From Dicyema japonicum (taxonomy: Eukaryota; Animalia; Dicyemida), in assembly GCA_011109175.1 (NCBI GenBank), contig RDEW01000032.1, positions 651,334-715,333 on the forward strand: a stretch of DNA of 64,000 nucleotides, read 5' to 3'. Shown piece after piece: positions 1-16,060 of this stretch (position 1 is the stretch's first letter; every line of letters starts with the position of its first letter). Position numbers and translations under genes: made by a program. Under the pieces are notes generated by a model that was not told where the DNA came from, made no database searches, and was given only the letters and a program-made list of their open reading frames with translations.

Positions 1-965
1 AAAAGAAATGGAAAATCTTGGATTTCAGCACAACTTGATCAAGAACCATTGCATTATTCACCAAGATACGTTAGTTGCCAAGTCAGTCAAAATACGCGAG
101 ACGGTGGATGCTGCTGATAATGCAGTTAATTTTATCATCGGCAGTTCAGACAATTTTTGATGGACATTGAATATGGAGATCTCTTATATTTTTGTAATGT
201 CAGATGACTTAGCAGAGGTCAATGCTCAAGGCTACATATAATGGATAATGTCATACTTTTTCTTTAGGAAAATTATTACGACCCTTCAATTTCCGAAATA
301 CTGTTAACATTTCCAATTTGCATCTAAATGACCTAAATTTGAAACTGCAGGGAAGTAGTCAATTTATACACCAAATGTATGCTTAAATCACAGCTTTTGA
401 AAAGAAATTGAAGTTGTGGGAGTTACAAAAAGGAAATGTGACGATTTTGTGAATTTTCTTTGTACGAATCCTACCGATGTTCATGAATATGCAAACATGG
501 AATTGAGATTATATTTATTTTCAGGTTCATAAAAATCTATTCAAATTTTTTCAACCCCATTTGATATTAAAACTGAGACACCACGAGATGTTATCAAATG
601 GAATTACTTGAAATTCAATGCGACAATCAAAACATTTTTCTAGGTTAGATATTTTGAGCCTCTACAAAAATTTGTGTCAAAAATATATACAATCAATCGA
701 CAATGCTAAGAAAAAGGCTTCTATATTTGGAAGCACATTTTATTTAAAGTCATTCTCCAAAATGAATAATGTAAAAAATTGTCTAAGATCGAGGATGACT
801 GATTAGCATATCAATGTTATATTCCTTTTAGCAAATAGTGAGATTAACGTAGATGTTAATAATTTATTAAATAAATTCACTTCTCTGAAAATTTAATAAT
901 TTTTCTCGTTAGGCTCATAAAAACAAAATTTTGGCCCGCGAAGCTAAAAAACCTGCCGACCCTTG
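1..965 (+). mobile_element. Decayed hAT (GTF2IRD2/Charlie/SPIN-like) transposon, 3' part with right TIR
   Basis: Hand translation gives HCIIHQDTLVAK..VNFI (CxxH motif), HLNDLNLKLQG and ASIFGSTF..FSKMNNVKNCLRSRMTD (hATC dimerisation domain), with stops and frameshifts. It ends TTTTGGCCCGCG..CTGCCGACCCTTG, whose reverse complement CAAGGGTCGGCAG resembles a hAT TIR. Confidence 0.85.
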
Positions 966-978
966 GTCAAGATATTGT

Positions 979-1345
979 TATGTTATCCAATTAAGTCGTG
1001 TCCGACTCTTGAAGATTTCATGAACGAGTTTCCTCCACTCTTTCCGATCCGTTGCAATTTGGAGTAGATTTGATGTAGCCATTCCCATGAGGTCTTCCAC
1101 CGTGGATAGCCACTGAGTCTTTAGTCGGCCAGGTCTTTTCTTCCCAGTAATATTGCTCAGCATAATGGTTCTTTCCAGGGAATCAGAGCGGAAAACATGC
1201 CCAAAGAACGCCAATCCGTGTTTTACGATTTTTCCTTCTAGCGAAATGTCCGTCAACGCCAGTTTGAGTAAATCGATGTTTGTTATTTTGGAAGTCCAAG
1301 GGATTCTTAGTAACCTCCTCAAGCACCACAGTGGTGCTGGATGAG
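979..1345 (-). mobile_element. 5'-truncated RTE-clade LINE with 14-bp TSD
   Basis: ORF WCLRRLLRIPWT..FFGHVFR..GKKRPGRLKTQW..DRKEWR is a typical RTE C-terminus. It is flanked by perfect GGTCAAGATATTGT copies at 965-978 and 1346-1359. Confidence 0.85.
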
Positions 1346-1384
1346 GGTCAAGATATTGTCATTACCTTATTGGCTTCTCTCCTT

Positions 1385-1700
1385 AAGAAGTTGAAAAGAC
1401 TATTAAAACTCAAAAGCAACCATTCTCTAGCGAACCAGATGGTATTCCAATGATTGTACTCAAAATTGAGGCTTTAACGCAGATTTACAACATTTCAATC
1501 AACAGAAACACAATTCCCACAAGATGGAAATTAGCTCGCATCCATTCAGTACTGTAACTGAGAAAATCAAAGGAGTCTCCTTTATACAAACCAATATCTC
1601 TGTTATGCACATTGTTAAAAATCATCGAAAAAAATGGTCATCCATATTTGCCGAAAAATACTTCCAATGCAGATTTAAGAACTACTCATCAATAAGTATC
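1385..1700 (+). mobile_element. APE-type LINE reverse transcriptase remnant
   Basis: Broken frames give PDGIPMIVLK, LTQIYNISINRNTIPTRWKLARI and YKPISLLCTLLKIIEK. Confidence 0.7.
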
Positions 1701-1949
1701 CATTTTAATTTAGGAGCCTCGTGTCAAATCCTATACCCCGTTGAACTTAGTTTTACTCAATTAATTTTGAAAAAATTTCTAAAATCCTATTATCCTTATT
1801 AATTGACCAGTTTTTAAATTTGCTATAATTTTTGATTTATTTTTAATAAAAATTTGAAAAAAGTAAAAGTTTATTGACACATGTCTTCCAATGATTCTCG
1901 TGAACGCTATACTCGCCTTACTTTTAATTAAAAAACTCACATTGTAAAT

Positions 1950-2330
1950 TATAAAAAGATGATGCTATTTCGTGCCAGCAATTAACTGATAGAATATTGC
2001 ACTTGTACCGAAAGGCGATATCGAGAAAAATAATAAATAATATTTCACTGAAGAAAGACACTATTTTAAAGATTCTAAAAACCGTGTCTCTATTATGCTT
2101 TGTTTAACATAAGTTGAAACCAGTCATGAGTGCAGGAACAAAAATGCCTTAATGTTTTCGAAATTATGACTATAGATGCTCCCCGCCTCATTGTATAGTT
2201 CACTAATAGCAAGGATGACTATATATTTATAATTTTTAGTTAATTTTGATATTCAGTGCAAGAATGAAAAAAAACTAGTTTTACTATTAATCGACCACTT
2301 CTTTGCACATATCCCACAACCTGGAGTTAT
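1950..2330 (+). mobile_element. Internally deleted Tigger/pogo copy
   Basis: Clear nucleotide similarity to two separate parts of the 18800-19850 element (tgctatttcgtgccagca..aagattc joined directly to accgtgtctc..ttttcgaaattatgac). Confidence 0.7.
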
Positions 2331-2339
2331 CCGCCACGT

Positions 2340-3500
2340 CCTGTTCTCCACCAATTTGATAGTCTTCGATTAGGAGAGCGGGGGAGTACGACCGATTGTG
2401 GTCTGGTTTGTCTTCAGAAGGCTGACTATTAAGATTGCCTCAAAACATTCTATTCCACTCAACACAGTTCTTGAACCCCCCTCAAGTAAACGTCGGTATT
2501 CGTTTGGGATGCGAGGCCGCTGTCCATTCAGTGAAGACATTTATAAACCGCAGTATAAAAGATTCCCGGAGCATGTCCGTGTAAGCTATACCTGAAAAAC
2601 GACTGTTATTTGGAGAGACTCTGGACCGTTTGTGTATACTAGACTTGCATAAGTCATTATTCTTCATGAAAAACAGCCTCAGCGTACAAAGGCGTGCATA
2701 TGTCCTGAGGACTGCTCCCTATTTCACCCAATATGACCAACTCATACAGATTGACTGGATCTTCCGTTCGACAGCAGAGGTTTCTTAAATGTTCAGTTCG
2801 AGGATTACCCATGAAAGCAAGCCATACTGCCGGCGAGAAGCGGAAGGCTTGGAATTCGCAATCCTGTAGATATTTTTCTCCCTGCATATCTCTTGTCTCT
2901 TATGGCCTGTAACACCATTGTCAAGAGAACTCTACACTCCCTCACTGAATTCTTTACTGACCAGGACGCTGGTCATCCTCGTGAGGCCTGGAGTCGTATC
3001 TATCTGTTTTCCCTACCTTCCATGTTTTCTCAATGGGGTCTGGACGATGCTGTATGCGGGAATTCTTTTGAAGATCTGCTAGTGTCATCTAACCAACATC
3101 GCCTTTTTGTTAGTTGGGGCGTCTTCCGAGAACGGTGTCTGGCTCAACGCCATTCCCAATGGAATTTTGGGTAACTTTTCTCGATGCTGAATGCGTCCGT
3201 ATGGGATCTCATACGACTGGACTAAAAGTATGTGTTCCACATCCGTGTCGATGCGGAGACCAGATCGACTGTTTTGGCCTACATCCTCTCTCCTGCAAGA
3301 ATAATGCAAGCAGATCTCCCAGACAAATGACCTTGAACGAAGCCGTTAGGACCGCCGGACACCCCTCCATGTTCGAACCAGTCTGTCTTTGCAGGAGTTA
3401 CAAAACGACCATCTTTCCTTCTGAACATAACATACACCGACATGTTGACGCTTGCAACCTACTTCCGAGTGCCTCTGGAGCCCGTGAAAAGTTTGCATTT
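2340..3500 (+). mobile_element. Decayed CRE-like (restriction-like endonuclease) non-LTR retrotransposon
   Basis: RPIVVWFVFRRLTIK (RT N-terminal region), then HPCRCGDQIDCFGLHPLSC zinc knuckle and EPVCLCR; many lesions. Confidence 0.7.
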
Positions 3501-4179
3501 ATTAGCAAATTTATTAATTGAGACTCTATTTCTTGTGTCATATTATCGATCCTTCTGGTAACAGTAGATCTACTTAACAGAATTAAATATAATATCTGAA
3601 TCCACATTTTGAAAAAAAATAAATTATTTCTGCAGCAGGCATATTTAGTGTTTCTCCAATATTATGATAATTCCCCGACTTGGCTTACATATTTTCCCCT
3701 CAAAAATTTCAACATTATTTTTATTAAAAATCTTTTTTCTGTAACTCCCTTAAAAAGTTCTGTGTCATTCAAAGAGGGCCACTTCCTCCCCTTTGGCCAC
3801 GGTTGACTTAGGACTATCAATAAATACTTTTCCTGAGATGAGAGATGACAGAATACGATTTCTCCTTCCCAAAAAATATATTTGAGGAGTCTGTGGATTC
3901 GATTCGTACATCACAATCATTTGGTTGAAGGATTTCTTCTCTGCTCTTTGCCTTTATGAGTATCCTCCTAACTCAGAGACGCCCAATGCTTAGTCGGCAT
4001 CCAAAAAGGGTCCCTCTCTTCGTTATTATAGTGTTGGGGTACCATGATAGATTCGATGGAGGGAGGGTTCATCAAACTTTGACTAAGGGAACAGGATGAA
4101 ACCTATTTTGAATATTTCCGGGTTATTCAAAAAGTAATTTTATGGCATTAAAATGACTGAAATTATTATATAAATATTT

Positions 4180-4900
4180 AATTTAATTTTTTTAATTTTA
4201 TGGTTAACCGCATCACAATAGCATTTCCACGTTTTATGTCGACTTGTTGTGCATCTCTATCTTGTGATATAATTTTGTTGCAGTTTTTACAGTCTAGTTT
4301 AACGATTGGACAACCTTGTTCTGCTATATAATTTGAGATGCTACTATGTGTCTCGTACATTTTGTCAACCATTATTCACTCCTAGCGGCTTTTTTTCCAG
4401 ATCTCTTATCACAACCTAAATGATTTTCATCATGAAAAAACGTCAATTTAGAAACGATTTTGTTGATATAGCATCGAGCACGTGTGAAGCACAATCTCAG
4501 AAAGAGGGAACTGACATACTCTTCCCCCACTTCAACACTTCCGCGATACAGTGTTATCAGAAAGGATTGCCATTTTGACAGTGGATGAGGAGTCATTACT
4601 CTCAGCAAAAGTGAGATCGTGCACACAATAACGCCTTCGCATTATGATCCTCATCTCCCGTGGAATACATTGGATCTACATTCGAACAAACATGGGAGAT
4701 ATTACAATTGTTGACATTTACAATTTCCTTACCAGCTCCTGTCCAAAGGAGTTTGCCCTCTCTCTGGATGTGTTGCATCAAAACCAACATTTTTGACATG
4801 TGGCTACCTCAAAGCGAACACCTGGCACAAAAACCAAACTGCGGATGCCAAAGGAAAAGAACACCTTGTAGAGCTTTGACAACACGACTTGGCTTGATTT
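4180..4900 (-). mobile_element. Probable RLE-type non-LTR retrotransposon 3' remnant
   Basis: C/H-rich fragment and terminal QQVDIKRGNAIV resemble the ..I.RGNA end of CRE-like elements; heavily decayed. Confidence 0.4.
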
Positions 4901-7399
4901 GACACTTCCACCGCTAACATTTCTTCTCTTGCCAACTGGTCTGTGATTTATTACTTACGGGGACCACAATCCTACTTTCATTCAGATGAAGGGCACGTTC
5001 ATCTCTGAAAGAAGCCGAAGCACTTTCCTAGATTGAAGAAATGTTAATTGGAAAGATTTTGCTCAACGTGGACATAAACTTGGCAGATTTCGATGCATTA
5101 TGTTTCAACTCACTCGATAATGCAGTTTCCCATGTTAACAGAAAGGTCCAGAGGGCAATCAAGTATTTATCAGAGGAGATCAATCAATCCTATACTAAAC
5201 ACGTTTTGACAACAAAATGAAGAATATGAATGAACATAATCGACTCAAGTATCCAAGGGGATCACCAGTTTATATACAGAATTCGAGTGCTGGATAGCGA
5301 AATAAAGAAAATCTCTAAGAATAAGGAGTGGACGAATACCCTTAATTCGACGTTACACTAAAAAACGGTATCCATGAAATTATACTGATTTGGTCAAAAT
5401 AACCTTGATGGCAATTCATTAACATTAATTTTAGTTGAGTAATCTTTAAAGAACCTTAAATTGGCTGGATCGCTCGTCGTGAATTGGGAAAAGAGACAGA
5501 TAAACTGACTAATTGAGCGCTTTCGTCGCAAACGCTTTTTCACTTTGAGATTTGTTGACTATTTCTGCGTACTTATTGCGATCAAGTTTCTAAATTTTAT
5601 TATGGAAAGTACAAGTTCCACAATCTTGGAAATGCTCTTTAATCTTCAAATACTGCCAAAACTAAAGTATTCTTAAGTTAACTTCATAAGCTGAATTATT
5701 TGTGCGGTCTATTAGTTCCTCTCTTAATTCACAATCAGAGTTTAAATTTTCGAATTGAATCCGGAATTAGTCTTAATTTCAATTAACCTCGTTAAGTTTT
5801 GAAAAAACTAACTCAAATAATGGGACAATCGACTCTCCAGTTGTATGGGAACAGCCTGTTTTTGAGACCAATTAAGATATTTTATGGGAGGTTTCCAGAA
5901 TAAACCCAAATGATCAGAATCTCATTTGGCTCGAATCATCACTAAAAAATTATATGTATTACGCTTTTAATAATTTATGGTAGCCTTCAAAAATATTTTT
6001 ATTTAATTTTTATTTAATTAAATATAATTTTTAATATTTTTTTTGTTCTTTCTATAAAAATTAAAAAATCAATAATTAACAAGGACTTTAATACACCATG
6101 AAGCCAATTAGACATTTCGCTCAATAGTTGTAAGCCAGCACAACCTTTTGATCAATTAGCCATTACAGCATTGCCTCAAAAATCTATTATTACTAAATTG
6201 TACATTTAAAGTAAGAATCTGTTATTTTTAATTCCTACATAATCGGAAATTGTTGCCTAATACATAAACGATATAATAGGAATCCTACATAATACATATC
6301 CGTTGACACCAAATCACTTGCCTTCCTTCGGATCTTTGATGGCGCAAAGGAGGGGGACAGTGAGAAAACGCATTTCCATACAATTCCTTAGAGGAATGTA
6401 CTCTCAGTCAAAAGAGCTTAACTACATGTCTCTTATCCTCTTATAAGCACATTTGTTATTAACTAAATAATTTAAAGATACTTCCACTGCATTTTCGGAT
6501 AAAATCGACAAATATGCCAAATTAGGCATTTATTGTCGTTTATAACAATGCCCACCGATAATGATTATAATGAATTGGGGGGCCGTGAATAGTATCACCA
6601 GTTTGGTAATGACAATCAGTATAATATATAATTATTCCCTAGTACTGCTAATTTTGGGGAATATCCCAACATGATGAACGCACGTAAGACGGAAGACCAA
6701 ATGAAATACACCCGCCATACCAAGCCAATAATGAATAATCCTTGCAAGAGGCATTATTGGAGACTGATCAGAGGTTCTTGAACTGATCTACGATGGGATC
6801 ACTCAACATGAATGGGTTAAATACTCATCAGCATTCTCTACTAAGCCATTCTTCATATCCATATCAGGGGATGACATTGGAATGGATGGAGAGGGAGTCT
6901 ATATTTTGGTCCAAGATATCAAATTGACCAATGCACGTGTAATCCTCAACAACTACTACAGTTTTATCAACCACGAATTTTCATCAATTGCTAAACTTAG
7001 CTGCCTCACATAAGAGTTTGTGGTATAATTTGAATTTTTTATTTAATAAAATATGTTTCAATCAAATGAGAATTAATAATTTAAAAGGTTGACCAGCAGA
7101 ATAATACATCATAGTTCTTGACCTCAAATTTACCCCCCACATGTGGACCAAGATGAGGTCTCTGCTGGGGCGTGTAGTTAGGCATTAGCGTCGACTTAGA
7201 ATTTCACATTATTGCATAAATTGTCGATTCCACCCAATTGGTTTCACGTGGGTCATCTGCTCGTGGAGAAAAGATACTCCAATTGAACATCATCGGACTT
7301 TCCAAAAATGTACTGATTTAATCATAGCAGTGCCTATGCTCTGGAAGAAAATCTACAATCATTCCTATTTTTAAGCCTAGCTACGACCCTTCTGATCCT

Positions 7400-8520
7400 T
7401 CGGACATCGAGACGCGTTCTGAGCAGTAAAATCCTTTCTACAACTATCTCGTCCCGTTTGAAATTATGGTTGCTTGCTTTCCTCTCTGGTCGCCTTGGTC
7501 GTTCTTTTATTATGTCAACCTACTCTCAGTATCGATACCTTCCAAACGGCGTTCCTCAGGGTTCATTCCTATCTCCAGCTTTGTTTAATCTTTATCTTGC
7601 AACCTTACCAGCAAACTAAGACACAATTCTTCGTTCTTATGCTGATGATATCATATTCATCTAGCCATTGTGACATAACCGTTGCTTCTATGATCCTGTA
7701 AGAACAAATTGACAAAATCTCTTCTTGGATGAACCAAAATCTCCTCATCCTCAGTACAGACCGTCGTCAATTAAATTTGGAGCCAACATTATTCATGACA
7801 GCGCTCTTCTTCCTGTGGTTAAAAACCCTAAAATACTTGTGTGATATTAGATACTTTTTTGTCATTTTCAAAACATGTCTTATAATTAGGGCGATTTTTG
7901 TCAAAAAATTCAAAATTGATATGTTCCTTAAAATTAAATAAAACTTATAAAAATGTAGTTTTAATCAAAAATATTATATTACTCAAAAGTTATAAAGTCA
8001 AAAAAGTCAAAATTTAATTTTTAAGTCAATAAAATTATAATTTTATTGATTTTTATTTTTAATTTTTTGAGTTTTTAAATAAAATACTAACGTGGGATCA
8101 ATTATCATCATACACTGTAATGCCGCGTCCAATCAAGAATGACATTGAAACATTGAAAAGGTTGGAGGAATTTCTGATCCCAAGAAAATATTTTTAATAT
8201 CTTGTCGTCATTGTCTTCTGCGCTAACTATTCGGTTATCGCTCAGATAATTGACAATGTTCTAAGGGATTTTGCGATAGATCGCAAAGAAGCTGTTGAAC
8301 ACATCCAGAAATTGCATTTCTTGACCAATGTCTATAGACAACTTAACTGGACAACGATGAACTATGGTTTCCTGCCTGGGTCCCTGTTTATCAATAACAA
8401 ACGTCGAAAAATACAAATGACTCTGCTCTAAGAATAGTTACTAGCTGTCTAAAAACACAATGACCACCTACACTGGGAATCAAAAATTTTCCCAATCAGG
8501 GACTATTTCAAGATGAAGCT
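7400..8520 (+). mobile_element. APE-type LINE RT/thumb remnant interrupted by an insertion at 7887-8094
   Basis: LKLWLLAFLSGR..LPNGVPQGSFLSPALFNLY..SYADDI and KTLKYL before the insertion; SALRIVTSCLKT after it. Confidence 0.75.
7887..8094 (+). mobile_element. End of a hAT-like non-autonomous element (TAGGGCGATTTTTGTCAA terminus)
   Basis: Homologous to the reverse complement of 54077-54208; TAGGG terminus and AAAGTCAA subterminal repeats. Confidence 0.6.
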
Positions 8521-9589
8521 TCCCTACCGCAAAAAGTTTTGCGTCCACTAAGCCGCCAATGTTGTGGTCATCACTTGAATTTACATTCATATCAGTACAG
8601 GATTGGACAACCGTTCTTTCTAATATGCCAATCGTCTTTTTTAAGCCAAAATACGGGTCACCTCTTGTCCAGGTCCACCTATTAGTTTTCTACAGAACCA
8701 AATATACCTGTCGGATCTCTGGGAGCGTCCTCTTTTGGCTGTAACGTTTTTGTTAACCACCGGTTTCTTTCACTCGAAGGAACTAGGGTAGATAAATAAA
8801 ATTCGACCCAATTTGACGGTGAATGAGTCCAGAATAATATTTTTTTATAAATTTTAAGAATGTATGGAAGAATTTTTGTCTCTAAATGAGAACCATCATG
8901 ATTTGTTTCTCTTTGATGGTGGTATTGAGGACTACCACTAACTGTAAGTGGACCTCACAGTTGCTAGAATCATAGAGTTGTTGGATATTATCAAGTTAGG
9001 TCGATTTAATGAGCTGTTCGAGGCCTCGCTCGCATGGAATTTACTTAGGTAGGTAACCAAGGTTAGCAGTCTCTGGTGAATTGATAGAGGCCAAAGGCAT
9101 ATAATTTAAAGTACTATCCCCACCGGAAACGGATATTTTGAATTTCATTGGGTCACAGGAAAAAGTGTTATGCAGACGATTATCCTACAAAATGATTTGA
9201 AAACCATAAAAAATATAAATCCATGGACGACCTGGACTCATAGAGAGCCCGGTATATGGAAGAGGTTGACATTCCATATTGTTTCTTTTGCTATACGTAC
9301 GGGACATATGACTCTCGTAAAGTACTCTAATAAGTAAAAGTGCTGCAGTAAATCCTACCAAAGGAAGTTATGCTGACTAACCGAGCTGTCGAATTGTCAG
9401 TCACGAAGCAGACTTAGGAAAGGTTTCTGTGTGAACTGAGCTTATTGATGAAGCCAATGCATGTTTATTCGAAAATGCGGGTATGTCAGTTATGAATGTG
9501 CGTTATCGTTTATGTAAAATTTCGATTAATGTACGTGTAACGAGAAATGGGATTCGGAGCGGTCGATACCATTTTTTCACCAAGTCCAA

Positions 9590-11270
9590 TTTTTTCTCAT
9601 TGTCGCCATATTGATCAGAGTACTGAGAAGAAACATGCCTGTTGTACGGTAAAATAATTTTTAGAAGCAATTTGAAGAATATATATTGGGAGACAGATCA
9701 ACGAGTGTTGCCCCCTGCACTTTGTCTTTTATTGCTAGTTTCCAATCAGCCATCTTCATTACAGAAGTCATTTTCCATACATACGACACTCATTTTTCAT
9801 TTTTTGATAATATTGGGGTATTTCGCAGGAGCAGTGATTGCGGGTCAGTTGATCATCCCCCATTTTTTAAAGACAAGTTAATGAATGGCCACGAGGTTGG
9901 GTTTTTTATAATTTTAGATAATCTCCAAAAGATTTAAATCTCCCGTATTGTCGACCATGTGCAGTATACTTTACTTCTTCCAATCGGTTAGAGGGGTATT
10001 AGTATTAGATTGCGTATCTCTCCGTTGTGATGTATTTCCGTGCAAACTTTCTTAAGCTGAATTTACTTTGGTTATAAGAATTAGTAAGCGGTTGGCCTTT
10101 GTGGGTCTCCATCCTGGTGATATCAGCAATTTGCACGATCTACACGACTATTGTAGCACCCATGTTGACTTTAGGGAGGCTTAGCCGGAGTTATTCGGAC
10201 GGACGTCCTCCAAATATTTTTCATTTCCGTCGGTATTCTGCTCATTTTGAGTTTGACTGCCTCAAAGATAGAAAAACCAGCCTCTACAATCCTCAAGGAT
10301 GCTTCAGTAAAACAGAAATGAGTGGAGGCAGGTTCCAGTGTCATGGCATTAAAGCATCATAAAAACTTTGACTTTCTTCACTGCGACAGTTTATGGGACA
10401 AACCAAACGATGATTCAACGATATTTGTCTTTGGGGACGAAAAGGAAGGCTCAGCTGTCTTATTTACCTTTTAATTGCAGAGCACTGTATTTTCATTTTA
10501 GCGGAAATTGTGTTTTCTTAGTCGTCTGTGGGTCAATATGGATCATTGCTAAAGAGGTCTTCACCTCCGACATGCTAAAGAAAAAAAGGAATATAACAAA
10601 AATGACGTATTTGCTGTTCAAACCAAATAGATTTTGTTCCACCTTGTGAATGACTTCCTCTCTGAATACAGAGGACTTGGGGGAATGTTCATTGGAACCA
10701 TGTTTTCTATTGCAATATGGTTGTTTCACCGTTTAAGGCCTAGCACTCTTTCTTCTGGCCTCAACTCTGTTAGTGCTGTGGTTGAGGATTATGTGTATTG
10801 TAACTCCCACAGGTTTTCTCATTCGGAATATCATTATTGAACTATCCCTGACTCCCATGTTCAGGATCTTCCAGGCTATAGATGTATTTCGCCGAATAAT
10901 TCAAAGGTGGAGTTCATAATACTGGGATCTTTGGCACACCGATGTTGTTCTGTTACTCATCGTCCATCTATTTTACAAGATTGACTGAATATGTAAGAAA
11001 TTGCTTAATTTAGAACATAGTGTTTGGTCTGTGTTGGTACGTTTGTTGCTCTGTGGATCACTGCCGATGTGAGTGTGGCAAGTAAGAATGGAATGTTTGT
11101 CAAACAATTTTTATTCGTAGATTCTCCAATATTCACCTGTTTTACTACAACTCCATCACCTTCACCTCTTCGATCGCTGGAGCTCTATTTTACCTTATTT
11201 GCAGAAGGCTGTTTAAAAAAACCAAGGAGATTCTGGAGAGAAGACCTCAACCTTAGACTATTCTAATTAC
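9590..11270 (+). pseudogene. SLC5 sodium:solute symporter (SMVT/SMCT/NIS-like), apparently disrupted
   Basis: EYILGDRSTSVAPCTLSFIASFQSAI, CTIYTTI|GGLAGVIRTDVLQ, YGTNQTMIQRYLS and LSSGLNSVSAV. It has 21-22-nt GT-AG introns, but also a frameshift near 9860 and junctions that cannot be spliced canonically. Confidence 0.75.
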
Positions 11271-11974
11271 TAAATTATTATTAGGGCATACGTAAAATTA
11301 ATTAATTAGCACACGTGAGTTAAGTTCTTTCAATTTAAACCTGGGTCCTACGAGAGTTCCTTTGTTCTGACTTACGGACACCTGAAGAAGACATGGGATT
11401 TCATCAACATGAACTAGTGGACATTAGAGATCACATAGTTATCCCGGCCATTGTATTCCAATTTTTGCCTACCATCTTCCGAAACATGGAAAATAATGCT
11501 GTCAAAGCAAATATTGCTAGGACAGAGTAAAAGTATCATATCTGGCCAAAATCGTTCTGTTTGTAGGTCAAGAAGGCTTGCTTTGAGCAATTAAAGCCAA
11601 TTAATTTATATTGATTTAAACGCCTTGAATCTGTTGGAGATGCTTTCTAAGATTCCGAGTTTAGCCACAGTGTTAAAATTATTTATCACAGGCATACATA
11701 TAGTCGAGGTTTCAAAGGAGCAAGTTCTCTGCATCTGACCATCTGGTGGAGCTAAAGACACGGTTTAAGGAGGGAACAGAGGCAGTCGTATATCAAGCTA
11801 CTGCCAATACGATTCCCGGCTTATACATCCCCTTCGTCTTTTCTACTGTGATGACTTTAGAGATCCCCAACTACACGTGACATAATCTTCAAATAGGAAG
11901 TGGAATAATATGAAAGAATCTATAGTGAGGCAAATAATCTCCCCCGATGAGGGAAGTTAGTTTATTAATAATTG

Positions 11975-13054
11975 TCAAACCGAGTTAAGCATTTCATCAG
12001 TAATAGGCCAGTTTTTTACAACCTCAACCTCCCTACAGTCGTCCGTAGGACTTCTACCCCCACAAGATGTCGCTGTCCACATCTCGAAAGTGGATCTACC
12101 GCTCCAATTCATCACTCAAATCAGGATCAGTCAACTGATAAATATATGCACTACAATGACAACCACAACCACCAATTATGCAATAGTCGACTCCCACAAC
12201 TCCTTCTGCCTAAACAGGCAACATTTGACTGCAGCCAACTCACGTGGTTTAACAGCCGGTTTTCCTCTTCCTTTTGCTCCTCAACCATTGCCTCCAACCA
12301 GAGTTTGTCAAGGATCTGTCCCCGAAACTCGGCTCCAGAAGCCAAGGTCATAATCTGGATGTGCACGTGGGTAAACCTCAGTAGTTCTCTGAGCAGTATC
12401 AGCAATCGTTTTGGCCACTGAAGAAATCAGGTCTCGGGTTTCAGCCTTGAAGAAATCCTGTACTAGTTCTGAAAAATTATACACGTGGGTCACTAGATGC
12501 ATTATTGAAAGAGTAAGTGATCTCCTCGAACTGCTTTTGAAGGTTAGAGATCTCGACCTTCTGTTGAGTGATCTCGTTCATTTTGTTTGTCTCATAGTCC
12601 TCAATCTGAGCCAAAGTGCTAGCTGTTTCCTTCTCAATGCCTGAAATTTGGCTTTTAAGGTCTAAATCGGAGAAATATCGAGAGGACCTTCGATCTCTTT
12701 CACATGAAATTCCTTTTCCATAGCAAATTGTTCTATTAGTTCAATCAAAGAATTTATTGTTGGTTGATTTACTGTTTCCTGCGAAGATGTCCATATTTTG
12801 ATGTCCCGAGACAATTTCTTGGCCAAAATACGCTGATCGTACTCCGTTTTTTCGACCTTAGAAAAATTTAGCAAAGCAAACCTTTTCCAAAGACTTTTCA
12901 CATTTTGAGAAGAGATTTAACTGCTCGTACTTCAAATCTCTCTTTTTTTCCTTCATAATCCCAATCCTTCGATTAATAACAAGTGCCACTGGTGCTGTAG
13001 AAGCGCCTCCTGTGCAGAAATTGTTTCAAAGGCTTGTTTTGGTTTTTTTCCCAT
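11975..13054 (-). CDS. Coiled-coil protein, CCDC83/DUF4515-like, spliced
   Basis: ATG at 13054. Removing five 22-26-nt introns gives MGKKPKQAFETISAQEALLQHQIGIMKEKK..DKLWLEAMVEEQKEE. The EALL.(Y/H)Q and WL motifs match my recollection of CCDC83. 3' exon structure is unresolved; the last exon probably ends NWPITDEMLNSV*. Confidence 0.6.
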
Positions 13055-13640
13055 CTGAAATATTATTATTTCCAAGATATAAAGTTAAATAATAATTTAA
13101 ATTTATTATTAATAATTAAAATAATAATTTGTGTTTATCTGATTTGTTAATATTTCTAATGAAGATTTTTAATTCCATTTATTTGATGTTAAAAATAATT
13201 TTAGATATTTATTTTTTGTATTTATTTATTCAAAAAATGTAAATCTATAATAAAATATTAATAATTTCAAATATTGGTCAGTTTCTTATCTGTATGTCAG
13301 TTTCTGCGGCAAATTCTGTTGTGTCTGCCAATTCTCTGTCAAAGGTAAATACCTAAGCAAAACAGTGCGAATTTTGTAAGTTCTGCCATTTACTCTTATT
13401 CTATGCGGTTTAATGGCCACAATCTTATCATTGTGCTCTCATTTTAATCAATGTAGCCTGATTAACTATATTTTTGATTGATGTTTTTATTGATTTAATT
13501 GTTGCTATATTTTTTTATCGACGTTAGGCGGGCTTTTTAGTCAAAATATAAGCGGATATTTTTTTACTAAATTAAAATATCATCTTTATGTGCCATAATT
13601 TGATTTGTAGAAAACAAATAATCACTCCATTTCTTCTTCA

Positions 13641-15780
<2,140 letters not shown>

Positions 15781-15879
15781 GATCTCCTCTTTGTATATTT
15801 TATATTTGATATACTAACATTTTATATAAGCCATGCTAATGGTTTTATGGTCTTTCTGTACTATCCTCACTAGGAAGGT

Positions 15880-16060
15880 TGAGTATCCATCTAATCATCA
15901 CTATGGTTATTTATCGGGTATCCTCCTCAATTGTAGCTGTTTTATTGGATTTGCTTTCATCACTATGGAGATTCATCGGGATCCTCCCCAATTGTAGCTG
16001 CTTTTATTGGATTTGCTATCATCACTATGGAGATACATGGGGGTATCCCTCACAATCATC
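15880..16060. repeat. Degenerate tandem repeat, about 62-bp unit, 2-3 copies
   Basis: Repeated catcactatgg..atc..caattgtagctg..ttattggatttgct. Confidence 0.7.

Noticed and set aside
11972-12644. Plus-strand ORFs overlapping the CCDC83-like gene, and similar antisense ORFs over RRP5, AQR, ADSS and LINEs
   Set aside because: Shadow ORFs of real coding sequence on the opposite strand.
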